Part shown: positions 36,601-45,632 of the stretch, in pieces
Numbering within the stretch: position 1 is the first letter of the stretch
Layout: every line of letters begins with the position of its first letter
From: an uncultured Candidatus Saccharibacteria bacterium
GTDB taxonomy: Bacteria; Patescibacteriota; Minisyncoccia; Phycocordibacterales; Zambryskibacteraceae
NCBI GenBank assembly: GCA_964364225.1
Contig: CAYIKP010000005.1
Span: forward strand, 1-46,985
Reading direction: 5' to 3'
Length of the DNA: 46,985 nucleotides
The notes under the pieces: model-generated
The model's input: only the letters and a program-made list of their open reading frames with translations
What the model was told of the DNA's origin: nothing
The model's database searches: none
Position numbers and translations under genes: made by a program

Positions 36601-37347
36601 ATGCCAAAAAATCCAGCTACTGTTTCTCGTGTAGATGGAATGGTAAGTGAAATCAAAAAAGGCGAAGAAAAAATTATTTGTGTTTTGCCTGATATTAAGT
36701 CTGGAAAAGAGGACAAAATTGAGTATGTTGTTCCGGCCATTCGCGTTATAACGGTAAAAGAGGGTCAGAAAATATCTAAAGGAGATCTACTTACAGACGG
36801 TTCTGCTGATCTAGATGAGTTGTTCAAATATGCTGGTAAGGAGCGCACACAAGAATATCTTATTCGTGAAATTTCAAAGATCTATGAGCTACAAGGTGAA
36901 GCGGTATCAAGAAAGCACATGGAGGTTATCTTGAAACAAATGTTCTCAAGAAGAAAAATTATTTCAACGGGAGATACAGATTTCTCAAGAGGAGACATTG
37001 TGGAATTTGAAGAAGTATTGGATGCAAATGCGAACATGAGAGATGCTGGTAAAGAAGAGGCCAAAGCAGAAGAACTTTTGATGGGTATTACAGAAGTGGC
37101 CCTTTCCAGAAAAAGTGTTCTTTCAGCTGCTTCATTCCAGCACACAACTCGTGTTCTTATCTCAAATGCACTTCGTGCCAAAGATGATGAACTAACAGGA
37201 CTAAAGGAAAACGTTATTATTGGACGCTTAATTCCAGCTGGTACAGGGTTTGAAGGTTCGAAGAAATACAACTTAATCAAAGCTCTACAAAAAGAACTAG
37301 ACGAGAAAGAACAAAGATTTGTTTCACTAAACGAGTCGGGGGAGTAG
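33655..37347 (+). CDS. rpoC: RNA polymerase beta' subunit
   Basis: N-terminal Zn ribbon, NADFDGDQM, AIGEPGTQLTMRTFH, LKENVIIGRLIPAGTG. Confidence 0.98.
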   Translation: MINTKTQKDYQITDFDTVELRLASPDRIKDWSYGEVTKPETINYRTQRSERNGLFDEKIFGPDKDFECYCGKYRGIRYKGIVCEKCGVEITRSIVRRERMGHIELAAPVCHIWFLKSMPSRLALITGVPSGDLEKVIYFAGYIVTKVNISEKDRILKDLDSEFKAKVKSLQDDKSKEHLKGLFQETKKDIESIAVGKVLDEVAYHNFSMKYATLFEASIGSEPLFEMLKNLDLKKLLAELEVNIEKASAAETAKLTKRISLIRHMVLNGIRPEWMFLIRIPVIPPALRPMVPLDGGRYATSDVNDLYRRVINRNNRLKKLKDINAPDVILRNEKRILQEAVDALIDNTIRHSGGAGAVNQSQRRPLKSLSDNLKGKRGLFRQNLLGKRVDYSGRSVIVVGPELELNECGLPKHMALELFKPFVIAELLKRELAYNIRGAGRLIEDGIPEVWAILEDIIKDRYVLLNRAPTLHRLSIQAFKPVLIEGNAIQVHPLVCTAFNADFDGDQMAVHVPLSPEAQLEAKEVMASDKNILKPGSGEPTVISKLLDVVLGAFWMTKDVSGEKGEGKIFDRPNSAILAYDFGELSLRAKIKVRGKTDTAKYAEFKEGLFETTVGRLLFNSVLPPDYPFVNMAIDRKKMSAMFENLIAVYGIGAIPGILDKIKAFSFKYALHSGITWGIDDVKIPDGKGVVVEAALKRANAIKEEFNQGLISEEERLEKNVEIWQSAKAEVEKLLPQTLGNTDSVNDMIQSGARGSISNITQMVGMKGLITNTQGETIEFPIISCMKEGLTPIEYFITTHGSRKGLTDTALNTARAGYLTRKLFDVSQDIIVTEEDCGTKKGIVISTESASGIELSLVKILKGRFLAEDIVDQKGEVVFKRDHFITKQDAEKVALLGVKNVIVRSPMSCASIKGVCKHCYGVDLGKNEIIDLGEAVGTVAAQAIGEPGTQLTMRTFHAGGIASAGGDITQGLPRVEELFENRMPKNPATVSRVDGMVSEIKKGEEKIICVLPDIKSGKEDKIEYVVPAIRVITVKEGQKISKGDLLTDGSADLDELFKYAGKERTQEYLIREISKIYELQGEAVSRKHMEVILKQMFSRRKIISTGDTDFSRGDIVEFEEVLDANANMRDAGKEEAKAEELLMGITEVALSRKSVLSAASFQHTTRVLISNALRAKDDELTGLKENVIIGRLIPAGTGFEGSKKYNLIKALQKELDEKEQRFVSLNESGE

Positions 37348-37358
37348 AATAACCTTGA

Positions 37359-39062
37359 ATGACAAGGGAAATAGAGCAAATAAAAGACCGCCTAGATATA
37401 GTGAGCGTTGTTGGCGAATATCTACCACTTCAAAAAGCGGGGAGTAACTTAAAGGCCAATTGTCCGTTCCACAACGAAAAAACTCCGTCTTTTTTCGTTT
37501 CCCCATCTCGTGGCAGTTTCTATTGTTTTGGTTGTGGTGCAAAAGGAGATATTTTTTCTTTTGTAGAAGAGATGGAAGGATTGGATTTTAGGGGTGCTTT
37601 TGAGTTTCTTGCTAAAAAAGCCGGAGTAGAAATAACAAAAGTATCTCCTCAAATCCGTGCAGAAAATGATAGAGCTATCCTAGCAATAGAAGAAGCAAAT
37701 ATTTATTTCTCTGGCGAGCTAGAAAAAAATAAAGATGCCCACAAGTATCTTTTAAAAAGAGGATTAACAGAAGAGACTATAAAAAAATTCTCGTTAGGAT
37801 TTGCTCCTGCCGGTTGGAGAAACTTGAAAGAATACCTCACAAAGAAAGGTTTTACAGAAGAAGAGATATTGAGGGCAGGGCTTATAAAGAAAGTGGACGA
37901 TGCCGGTGAAAACAAAGAGCCCTACGATGTTTTTAGAGAAAGAATTATCTTCCCTCTGTCTGAATCATCTGGAAGGGTAGTGGGCTTTTCTGGGCGTTCA
38001 ATGGATGAAGACACCAATCCGCCAAAATATTTGAACAGTCCAGATTCAAAAATATTTAACAAAAGTGAAATTCTTTACGGATTAGATAAAGGAAAAAATG
38101 CAATTAGAGAAAAGGACTTCTCAATCATTGTAGAAGGTCAAATGGATCTTTTAATGTCTCATCAATCAGGGATTAAGAATACTGTTGCTGCGTCAGGTAC
38201 AGCGGTTACAAGGGCGCATATTGAAAGGTTAAAGAAAATATCTCCAAGAATTCTTATTTCGCTCGACGCAGATGGGGCAGGGGTGAGAGCTGCGCTTCGT
38301 ACAGCAACAATTGCGCTTGAGCTTGGAATGGAAGTCAAAATAGCAAAATTAACTGGAAAAGATCCGGCGGAAATTATAGAAAAAAATTTAGAAGAGTATA
38401 AGAATTGTTTAAAGAGCGCACTACCATTTATTGAATTCGTCTTAGACATAATAATGAGAGAGACCCTTGATGAAAGGGCGCGTGCTAAAAGAATTGAAAA
38501 AGAGATTGTGCCACTTCTAACATTAATTCAAAGTGCAGTGGAGAGATCTCATACTATAAAGAAGGTAAGTCAAAAAAGTGGAATTCCAGAGAGAGCCCTG
38601 GAAGAAGACACAGAGAGATTTAAAAGGTCAAAAGGCAGGGCAACAATGACAACTAGTGAGAACCCAAAGAAAGAGGTTAAGGGGGATGTAGTAAACCAAA
38701 TTGAAAGACATGCTGTTGGGTTAATGTACGCAATGGAAGAGGGTGAAAAATTTGCACTGGACATAAAGGACTCTTTCTCATTCTTGACAGACGTGGAAAG
38801 ATCCTCTATGCTTCTACGTTACGAACCCAAGCGAGAAGAACTCGTCTTCGAGGTTGAGAACTACTACGGCAATGATGACCCTATTAGGGCAAGCCGGAAC
38901 CTCGAGGAGGTCATCCTCAATTTCAAATCAGATTGTCTTAAAAAACGCCTAGAGGCGTTTGTTGCTGGTTTATCGAGAGCAGAAACGGCGCACGATAAAG
39001 AAAAAGCAAAAGAAATTTTAATGTTAATACAAGAGACTCAAAAGGAGTTAAATAATAAATAG
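37359..39062 (+). CDS. dnaG: DNA primase
   Basis: [11 protein letters not shown]...CFGC zinc finger, PKYLNSP, VEGQMD, DADGAG TOPRIM. Confidence 0.96.
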   Translation: MTREIEQIKDRLDIVSVVGEYLPLQKAGSNLKANCPFHNEKTPSFFVSPSRGSFYCFGCGAKGDIFSFVEEMEGLDFRGAFEFLAKKAGVEITKVSPQIRAENDRAILAIEEANIYFSGELEKNKDAHKYLLKRGLTEETIKKFSLGFAPAGWRNLKEYLTKKGFTEEEILRAGLIKKVDDAGENKEPYDVFRERIIFPLSESSGRVVGFSGRSMDEDTNPPKYLNSPDSKIFNKSEILYGLDKGKNAIREKDFSIIVEGQMDLLMSHQSGIKNTVAASGTAVTRAHIERLKKISPRILISLDADGAGVRAALRTATIALELGMEVKIAKLTGKDPAEIIEKNLEEYKNCLKSALPFIEFVLDIIMRETLDERARAKRIEKEIVPLLTLIQSAVERSHTIKKVSQKSGIPERALEEDTERFKRSKGRATMTTSENPKKEVKGDVVNQIERHAVGLMYAMEEGEKFALDIKDSFSFLTDVERSSMLLRYEPKREELVFEVENYYGNDDPIRASRNLEEVILNFKSDCLKKRLEAFVAGLSRAETAHDKEKAKEILMLIQETQKELNNK

Positions 39063-39076
39063 ATAAACATAAACTC

Positions 39077-40309
39077 ATGGCCAAAAAAACCAAAAAGAAA
39101 GTTTCCAAACCAAAATCAAAAAAACCTGCAAAGAAAGTAGTTAAAAAAGTTAAAAAGCTAGTAAAAAAAGCAGTTAAAAAGCCAGCTAAAAAAGTTGCAA
39201 AAGTTTCTCAAAAACAGAATGCTAAAAAAGTAGATATTGACTCTAAAATTGATAAACTTTTAAATAGAGGAAAGTCTCGAGGCTTTGTTACTTATGATGA
39301 AATTCTAAAAGAATTCCCAACAATTGAGCAAAACATTATTTTTCTTGATGATCTTTATGAAAAACTTCAAGCCAATGGCATTGATGTTTTGGAGGGAGGT
39401 GGACTTTTAGATGTTTCTTCTCCAGAGGAAATTACCGTAAGCAAGAAATATGAGTACGGTAGCAGATCAGAAGGCTCTTTCGACTCAATTCAAATGTATT
39501 TAAGGGAGATTGGCCAGTATCCCTTGATTACTGGAAATATGGAAAAGGAGCTAGCTAAAAGAATTGAGGCTGGTGATGAAGAAGCAAAAAATTTACTCGC
39601 AAAAGCAAACCTTCGTTTGGTGGTTTCGATTGCAAAGAAATATGCAAACAGATCCCCTGATTTAACATTGCTAGATTTGATCCAAGAGGGGAATTTGGGT
39701 TTGTTTAAGGCGGTAGACAAGTTTGATTGGACAAAAGGCTATAAGTTTTCGACATATGCTACTTGGTGGATTCGTCAGGCCATAACTCGCGCCTTAGCTG
39801 ACCAAAGCAGAACTATTCGTGTGCCAGTTCATATGGTTGAAACAATTGCTAAATATAAGCAGGTTGTTCGCCGTCTTACACAAGATTTAGGAAGAGATCC
39901 ATTACCAGAAGAAATAGCAACAGAAATGAATATTGAGGTAGAAAAAATTTATCAAATTGAAAAAATTGACCAGGCGACTGTTTCTCTAGAGAGTCCAGTT
40001 GGAGATGAAGGGGATGATGGCAAGTCAAAACTAGGGGATTTTGTGGCGGACGATAAAATACTTTCTCCAGACGCAGAAGCATCTCGTAGAATTGTTCAAG
40101 ATCAAGTGCGTGAAATTTTAAATGAATTACCACCAAAAGAGAGAAAGATTCTTGAAATGCGCTACGGACTTGCAGATGGGTTTACTCATACTCTTGAAGA
40201 AGTTGGAAAGGTCTTTGGTGTTACTCGCGAAAGAATTCGCCAAATTGAGGCAAAGGCATTAGAGAAAATAAGACAGCATGAGAAGATAAATCGTTTGAAG
40301 GGGCATTAA
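39077..40309 (+). CDS. rpoD: Primary sigma factor with Lys-rich N-terminal tail
   Basis: [53 protein letters not shown]. Confidence 0.95.
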   Translation: MAKKTKKKVSKPKSKKPAKKVVKKVKKLVKKAVKKPAKKVAKVSQKQNAKKVDIDSKIDKLLNRGKSRGFVTYDEILKEFPTIEQNIIFLDDLYEKLQANGIDVLEGGGLLDVSSPEEITVSKKYEYGSRSEGSFDSIQMYLREIGQYPLITGNMEKELAKRIEAGDEEAKNLLAKANLRLVVSIAKKYANRSPDLTLLDLIQEGNLGLFKAVDKFDWTKGYKFSTYATWWIRQAITRALADQSRTIRVPVHMVETIAKYKQVVRRLTQDLGRDPLPEEIATEMNIEVEKIYQIEKIDQATVSLESPVGDEGDDGKSKLGDFVADDKILSPDAEASRRIVQDQVREILNELPPKERKILEMRYGLADGFTHTLEEVGKVFGVTRERIRQIEAKALEKIRQHEKINRLKGH

Positions 40310-40315
40310 AAGACT

Positions 40316-40514
40316 GCTCGTAGTGTGCGGTTTCAGAATCAACTGCCGCTCGAGTGAAAATTTTGAAATCAGGAAGCTTCATATAACGAAAAACATCAGA
40401 ACTCGTCCTTCGACAGGCTCAGGACTCAAACAGCTGATGTTTTTCTATTACGCTAATCCTGATTTCAAAATACTCTCGTGAGCTTCCAAAACCGCACACT
40501 ACTCGCTTTAAGTT
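40316..40514. repeat. ~190-nt rod hairpin of the CGCTC...CTCGCT family (after rpoD)
   Basis: gtagtgtgcggttt/aaaccgcacactac, attttgaaatcagga/tcctgatttcaaaat, gaaaaacatcag/ctgatgtttttc; ends ctcgctttaagtt. Confidence 0.75.
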
Positions 40515-40530
40515 CTAAATAAAAACAAAT

Positions 40531-40562
40531 CAGCCCCCCACTTTTACAAAAGTGGGGGGCTG
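40531..40562. terminator. Hairpin terminator
   Basis: cagccccccactttt-ac-aaaagtggggggctg. Confidence 0.75.
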
Positions 40563-40596
40563 TGGGGTCATGTGAACCTAAGGCCCTACTGCAATC

Positions 40597-40785
40597 TCAG
40601 GTTGGTGTTGGTCGTTGACACGCTCGTAAGCCCACAATAAAGCCGGCGAGCATGGCGGTGAAGAGAATTACCGCTGCACCGAGCGGGTCAGCAAGCTCAC
40701 CAGATTCAATCCGGTGAGCCATTGACATTGCACCTCCGAAGGCCAGTACATAGAGTGTCACAAACAACAACGCGAACGCTCGCAT
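40597..40785 (-). CDS. Small two-TM membrane protein (62 aa)
   Basis: TTGACA-17-TATAAT promoter (40848-40820), GAGGT SD, two hydrophobic helices. Confidence 0.65.
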   Translation of the reverse strand: MRAFALLFVTLYVLAFGGAMSMAHRIESGELADPLGAAVILFTAMLAGFIVGLRACQRPTPT

Positions 40786-40905
40786 ATATACCTCGGGTAG
40801 AGGGAACTTACTAACTCTTATTATATACTCATTGTATATGAATGTCAATAGGTTAAAATAACCCTATAAATAAGGGTATTTTGATAGTGTGATAAAATAA
40901 TAGAA

Positions 40906-42369
40906 ATGAAACCACTTTTAATTTCAAAAACTACATTTCTTGAGTTTTTGTTTTGTGCAAAAAACATTTGGCTAAAGCTTCATAAGCCAGATTTGGCGCA
41001 CATGTTTAAACTTTCAGACTTTGAAAAACAATTAATAGAGCAAGGAAATGAAGTAGATAAATATGTTCAAAAAATATTTCCAGACGGAATAGTCGGGAAT
41101 ATTAAAGGAGAAGGAACATATTTCCAGCCCACATTTGAAGCTGATGGTTTTTTAGTGAGGTGCGATGTATTGGAATACGACAACAAATCTAAATATTGGA
41201 ACTTATTTGAGGTGAAGGCTACAAATTCAATAAAAGAAAATGGAGGACTTCGTGACCATATAGATGATGTGACATTTCAGGCTTCTGTTTTAAAACGAGC
41301 GGGTTTAAATGTGGGTAAATATTTTCTTATAACTTTGAATAAAGAATATGTAAGGTGGGGCGACTTAGAACCAGAAAAACTTTTTATAAAAGAAGATGTG
41401 ACAGAAAAAGTTTTACTTAAACTTCCTGAAGTTGAAGCCCAAATGGAGGCGGCTAAAGAATATATAGCCAAAACTGAAGAACCAAAAGGTAATTGTGAGT
41501 GTTTATTTAAGGGGCGATCTCAACACTGCTCAACATTTGAATACTCGAACCCACAGGTGCCAAAATATTCTGTGCACGACCTTTCTCGTATTGGCTCTAG
41601 TAAAAACAAATTACAAATGCTCATTGAACAGGAAGTTTTTGACATAGCGAATATTCCAAGTCACTTTGAGTTTTCAGACATTCAACACAATCAAATTCAT
41701 GTCCATAAAAATGATAAGCCGATTATTAAACATGATGAAATATTTGATGCACTAAATAGTCTAGAGTTTCCTCTTTATTTTTTTGACTACGAAACATTTG
41801 CTCCAGCCATACCTGCTTTTTCTGGTTTTAGGCCGTATCAACGTATTCCTTTTCAGTTTTCACTTCATATTTTACATAAGCCTGATGGGGAACTAGAACA
41901 CTTTGAATATTTACATGAAGATTTTAGTGACCCGTCAGAAAATGTGGCAAAATTTTTAGATAAATACATAGGTGCCAAAGGGACTATTATCACTTGGAAT
42001 AAATCATTTGAAGCTGGAGTAAATAAAGAGATTGGCGAGCGCTTGTCTGAATATAAAAAACTGATGGATAGGCTAAATGGAATGCTTTATGATTTGATGG
42101 ATATATTTCGCGCCCAGCATTATGTGCATAAAGACTTTAAAGGAAGTACTTCAATTAAAAAAGTCTTGCCAGTAGTAGCGCCACATTTGGATTATAAAAA
42201 GCTAAATATTTCTGAAGGGGGAGCTGCCTCCGAATCCTGGTGGAAAATGGTTGGCCCTACCACACCCGATTCGGAGAAGAAACAAATTGCAAAAGACCTG
42301 AAAGAATATTGCGGATTAGACACCTTTGCTATGTACGAGGTTTGGAAGCACCTTACTAACCTTTCTTAA
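40906..42369 (+). CDS. DUF2779-domain protein (PD-(D/E)xK-like N-terminus plus RNase H-like C-terminus)
   Basis: RCDVL...FEVKAT; FPLYFFDYET...PYQRIPFQFSLH, SIKKVLP, EYCGLDT. Confidence 0.75.
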   Translation: MKPLLISKTTFLEFLFCAKNIWLKLHKPDLAHMFKLSDFEKQLIEQGNEVDKYVQKIFPDGIVGNIKGEGTYFQPTFEADGFLVRCDVLEYDNKSKYWNLFEVKATNSIKENGGLRDHIDDVTFQASVLKRAGLNVGKYFLITLNKEYVRWGDLEPEKLFIKEDVTEKVLLKLPEVEAQMEAAKEYIAKTEEPKGNCECLFKGRSQHCSTFEYSNPQVPKYSVHDLSRIGSSKNKLQMLIEQEVFDIANIPSHFEFSDIQHNQIHVHKNDKPIIKHDEIFDALNSLEFPLYFFDYETFAPAIPAFSGFRPYQRIPFQFSLHILHKPDGELEHFEYLHEDFSDPSENVAKFLDKYIGAKGTIITWNKSFEAGVNKEIGERLSEYKKLMDRLNGMLYDLMDIFRAQHYVHKDFKGSTSIKKVLPVVAPHLDYKKLNISEGGAASESWWKMVGPTTPDSEKKQIAKDLKEYCGLDTFAMYEVWKHLTNLS

Positions 42370-43134
42370 TTATTTGAGCACTGCATCTAGTGCCTTTCTC
42401 AGAATTTCTATTGGTTGTGCACCGTTCACTATGATTTTGTTTGTTCCATATATAACAACTGCATTTTGACTGGAAAGAGAGACGGCTTTCATTGCATTTA
42501 TTTGTGTTTTTGTAAAAGGTTTGTTTGAAACAATAATGCTATATGGGGTGCCAAGGCCACCAGCCGAAATTGCTTCCTGATAATCTCTTTCTACTTTTGC
42601 TTTTGCGTCACCCTTTGTAAGACATGATGTGAATGTATCTTTTGGGAGACCTTCACCTTCTGCTAGTGCTGGAAGTATTGATGTGTCTAAAGTGTCATTT
42701 GATGTGGCGATATTATAAATTTTATTAGTAAACCTCCAAAAACCTTCGTTACCACCAACAATGCCAGCACACTCCATTGCCTCTGATTCGTATCTGGCTT
42801 TTTTATGAAGAGTATCAACAGGGAAATGTCTGTATACCCACGCAAGTTTACCGACAAAATCTTTATCAGTAGTGAGCTCTATCATTGTGTTGTGGAATCT
42901 TTTGCACCAAGGACATTCTGGATCTGAATATTCAATAAGAGTTAAATCTGCATTTTTGGGGCCGATTATATAATCATCAGCTTGCACCTCTTTTATAGTG
43001 AGTTCTTTTTGGGGAGCCGATGGTGTTGTTTCAATAATGGTTTTGCTCGTTGGTACTTTAGATAAATAGATACCACCACCAATAAATACCCCGGCAATAA
43101 TAATTGAGCCCGCCAAAACAAGTGTGTTTTTCAT
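42370..43134 (-). CDS. DsbA-family thiol-disulfide oxidoreductase
   Basis: N-terminal TM, EYSDPECPWCKRFH, YRHFP, GTP, NGAQP; start placed at ATG 43134 after E3. Confidence 0.9.
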   Translation of the reverse strand: MKNTLVLAGSIIIAGVFIGGGIYLSKVPTSKTIIETTPSAPQKELTIKEVQADDYIIGPKNADLTLIEYSDPECPWCKRFHNTMIELTTDKDFVGKLAWVYRHFPVDTLHKKARYESEAMECAGIVGGNEGFWRFTNKIYNIATSNDTLDTSILPALAEGEGLPKDTFTSCLTKGDAKAKVERDYQEAISAGGLGTPYSIIVSNKPFTKTQINAMKAVSLSSQNAVVIYGTNKIIVNGAQPIEILRKALDAVLK

Positions 43135-43271
43135 CCCGATAGTGAAAAATGGTATTGCTCTATTCGAGCAGGTTACCACTATTTATAATTAGTTTTATTA
43201 AATTTCGATCTGTCATCCTATTTTATTAACCCTTAGCTGGCTCGGATACCATTTTCTACTACAGGATTCAT
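43130..43271 (-). mobile_element. Start-codon-inserted hairpin element E3 (137 nt, ATGAA direct repeats)
   Basis: Minus strand ATGAA-TCCTGTAGTAGAAAATGGTATCCGAGC ... GCTCGAATAGAGCAATACCATTTTTCACTATCGGG-ATGAA; homolog of E2 with a compensatory C-G to T-A change. Confidence 0.8.
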
Positions 43272-43280
43272 AGAAAAAGA

Positions 43281-43715
43281 TTATAACAAATTTCTAAAAT
43301 GAAAGCCCCGCGCAATATGCGCGGGGCTGTTGATGGCAGGCTTGGGCTTTGCCTCCTCTATGTCTCCAATCTTTGCCTTTATGGTGATACCAATACAATC
43401 AGCTTCTATCTCGTAGGTAGCGCCGATCTCGAGAGGCATCTTAAGGCTTAGAAAGGATAGTTCACCACGTCCGTTCTCCACTATGTTTTTGTAGAACAAC
43501 TCTCCATCTTTATGGAGTACGTAGTGAACAAAGATACTGTCAGTAATTGGTTTTTCTCCAACGACAGCACATGTTGCTTCCTCAGCCTCTTTGACGTTTA
43601 CAAACGAGAAAGCAAACACTAGCAGGAAAAACAAATTAATACTGAGAGAAATCAAGAGAGCATAGTCCATTTTTCTTGAAGGTTGTACTTCCTTTTCTTG
43701 GATTTCTCCAGACAA
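43281..43715 (-). CDS. Hypothetical membrane-anchored protein
   Basis: AAGGAG SD before TTG, single TM, own promoter; hairpin 43304-43328 near the 3' end. Confidence 0.65.
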   Translation of the reverse strand: MSGEIQEKEVQPSRKMDYALLISLSINLFFLLVFAFSFVNVKEAEEATCAVVGEKPITDSIFVHYVLHKDGELFYKNIVENGRGELSFLSLKMPLEIGATYEIEADCIGITIKAKIGDIEEAKPKPAINSPAHIARGFHFRNLL

Positions 43716-43774
43716 AACGAACTCCTTGTGGGGGTTTCTAGCACTATTATGCCATAGAAAAAATTATTATCAAA

Positions 43775-44350
43775 CTACCAAGGCATTGCGTGAGTTAGCT
43801 TAGAATCCTCGTTATTTTCCCAATTAGAAATATCTAAATCAATTTGATAGACATTTAAACCATCAGGAATAGAAACTTTTTTGTGTGTTTTCATGTGCTC
43901 ATATAGATCTCTAGTAATAGCTACATCCATTAGGCAATATTCGATAATTTTATCTATAGCACCCTCTTTCCACCAAGTTATCGCATCTAGCCCTTGACCA
44001 GATTTTGAGACTCCTAGTGTGGCCGAAGCAACATCTTGAAGTTTGATACGCCTACCCAGAGATTCTTGTATTGTTTTCATTAAATCAATTGATTTAATTT
44101 TAGTTAAGTCTCCAGTGTAATATTTATTTAAGAGGGGAATATCAAAGTGATTAGAGTTATAGCCAATGAGTGCATCGGCTTTTTCAAAGTAGGGCCACAT
44201 ATCTTTGAACTCATGTTCCTGAAAAGCTTTCAAGGTGTTAGTTTCAAAATCGTATATTCCAACAATAGAGATATCAAGCTTAGCTGGATCATTTTCGCCC
44301 ACTTCAAAAAAAGTGTTTTTTGTTTCTATATCAAATACTAGGGGGGCCAT
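43775..44350 (-). CDS. RNase H-like / DEDD-type exonuclease domain protein
   Basis: VFDIET, IGYNSNHFDIP, KLQDVA..TLG..KSG, EYCLMDV. Confidence 0.8.
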   Translation of the reverse strand: MAPLVFDIETKNTFFEVGENDPAKLDISIVGIYDFETNTLKAFQEHEFKDMWPYFEKADALIGYNSNHFDIPLLNKYYTGDLTKIKSIDLMKTIQESLGRRIKLQDVASATLGVSKSGQGLDAITWWKEGAIDKIIEYCLMDVAITRDLYEHMKTHKKVSIPDGLNVYQIDLDISNWENNEDSKLTHAMPW

Positions 44351-44405
44351 ATTTAGTAATTCCCAAACAATATAACACAGAGATTTTATGTATTATAATT
44401 ATGCA

Positions 44406-44615
44406 ATGGAAAGTTTTTCTGCCGAGACACTAACTTCTGGAATAAGGAGTATTTTCTGGCTTTTTCTTATCGTGTATTTAATTACTGGAGGGGTTTTAGT
44501 TTATCACTGGCAAAGGTACGGAGGTAAATCTAAGGTCTTGTTTATAGTTGAGACCGTGTTTATTGTGGGTTCTGTTATTTTCGCTTTAGCCGCCTTTTTT
44601 GCAATACCAAAATAA
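44406..44615 (+). CDS. Small two-TM membrane protein
   Basis: ATG 6 nt after TATAAT; YHWQRYG between two hydrophobic helices. Confidence 0.7.
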   Translation: MESFSAETLTSGIRSIFWLFLIVYLITGGVLVYHWQRYGGKSKVLFIVETVFIVGSVIFALAAFFAIPK

Positions 44616-44620
44616 ACAAA

Positions 44621-45202
44621 ATGTTAAACCTTGATCCAAATGAAAGTGTGATTCTAGAAGTGCGTAAACACTGGTATGTTCTTTCGGCTAGGGTTTTTGT
44701 GATGTTTATTCTTGTTATTGCGCCACTAGTCCTTTTTTCTTTTTTAAGTAATTTGATTCCTACATCAATTCCTTTGCCCGTCGGGTATTCAGCAACGGGG
44801 TTTTTTTATTGTTTATGGCTTTTAGTAATATGGATTAGTTTTTTTATAAACTGGACCAATTATTATTTAGATGTTTGGTATGTTACAGAAAAAAGAATTG
44901 TTTCTGTAGACCAAGTCAGTATTTTCCATAGAAAAATTTCCAACCTTCGTTTTGATAAAATCCAAGATGTATCAATAGAAATTAGAGGAGCCATACAGAC
45001 CATGCTTAAATTTGGTGATATTGAAATAAAAACCGCAGCTGAAGGGGATAGTAATTTTTTAATGAAAAATGCGGCCAATCCTGATGAAGTCCGAAGAATT
45101 ATCTTTTCTCATCATCAATTTGAGCACGAAAAAGCAAGACCGGTGCATGTTGTGGAGGAAGAAATAGAGCGACCGTCCAAAGATCAATTTATTCAATCTT
45201 AA
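44621..45202 (+). CDS. Membrane protein with bacterial PH domain
   Basis: VRKHW, two TMs, WYVTEKRIV...KIQDVSI...FGDIEIKTA. Confidence 0.8.
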   Translation: MLNLDPNESVILEVRKHWYVLSARVFVMFILVIAPLVLFSFLSNLIPTSIPLPVGYSATGFFYCLWLLVIWISFFINWTNYYLDVWYVTEKRIVSVDQVSIFHRKISNLRFDKIQDVSIEIRGAIQTMLKFGDIEIKTAAEGDSNFLMKNAANPDEVRRIIFSHHQFEHEKARPVHVVEEEIERPSKDQFIQS

Positions 45203-45208
45203 AAACGA

Positions 45209-45235
45209 AAGCCTCTGCATGTTATGCAGAGGCTT
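45209..45235. terminator. Hairpin terminator between convergent genes
   Basis: aagcctctgcat-gtt-atgcagaggctt. Confidence 0.75.
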
Positions 45236-45244
45236 GTAAGCACA

Positions 45245-45529
45245 TTACCCCTTAGAAAGCTTTTCTTTGAGGGCTTGTGCAATCACGGACACGTCCATTT
45301 CGAGCGTGGTTATGATTGTTTCGATAACACTCTCATCTTCTTCAGTTTCGGGTTGCTGTTCGCGTGCTGGAATTGTAGGAATGGCGGGCACTGTTGCAAT
45401 GAGCCGAGCAAAGCATGAGGGACACTCGATGTTCATTCTTCGCCCTGCGTACTTCGCATCGATTTTCAGAGTGAATTCGCGTCCGCAGGTTCTACTTGGA
45501 CATTTGGCCATTAGCAACAGATTCTTCAC
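45245..45529 (-). CDS. Small zinc-ribbon protein
   Basis: CPSRTC...CPSC; GGAG SD; TTGCTT-16-TATGAT promoter. Confidence 0.6.
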   Translation of the reverse strand: MKNLLLMAKCPSRTCGREFTLKIDAKYAGRRMNIECPSCFARLIATVPAIPTIPAREQQPETEEDESVIETIITTLEMDVSVIAQALKEKLSKG

Positions 45530-45632
45530 CTTTTAACTCCAGTGGGGGAAAGGGGGTACTTCTGAAAAATATCATACGACTTTTATTGAAAAAAGCAATA
45601 CCAGGAAAAAAGCCATTTTCTTGATATTGACT

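Noticed and set aside
994-40514. Hairpin repeats as a CRISPR array or integron attC sites
   Set aside because: They are dispersed, with no regular repeat-spacer period, no cas or intI gene, and no consistent RYYYAAC...GTTRRRY ends.
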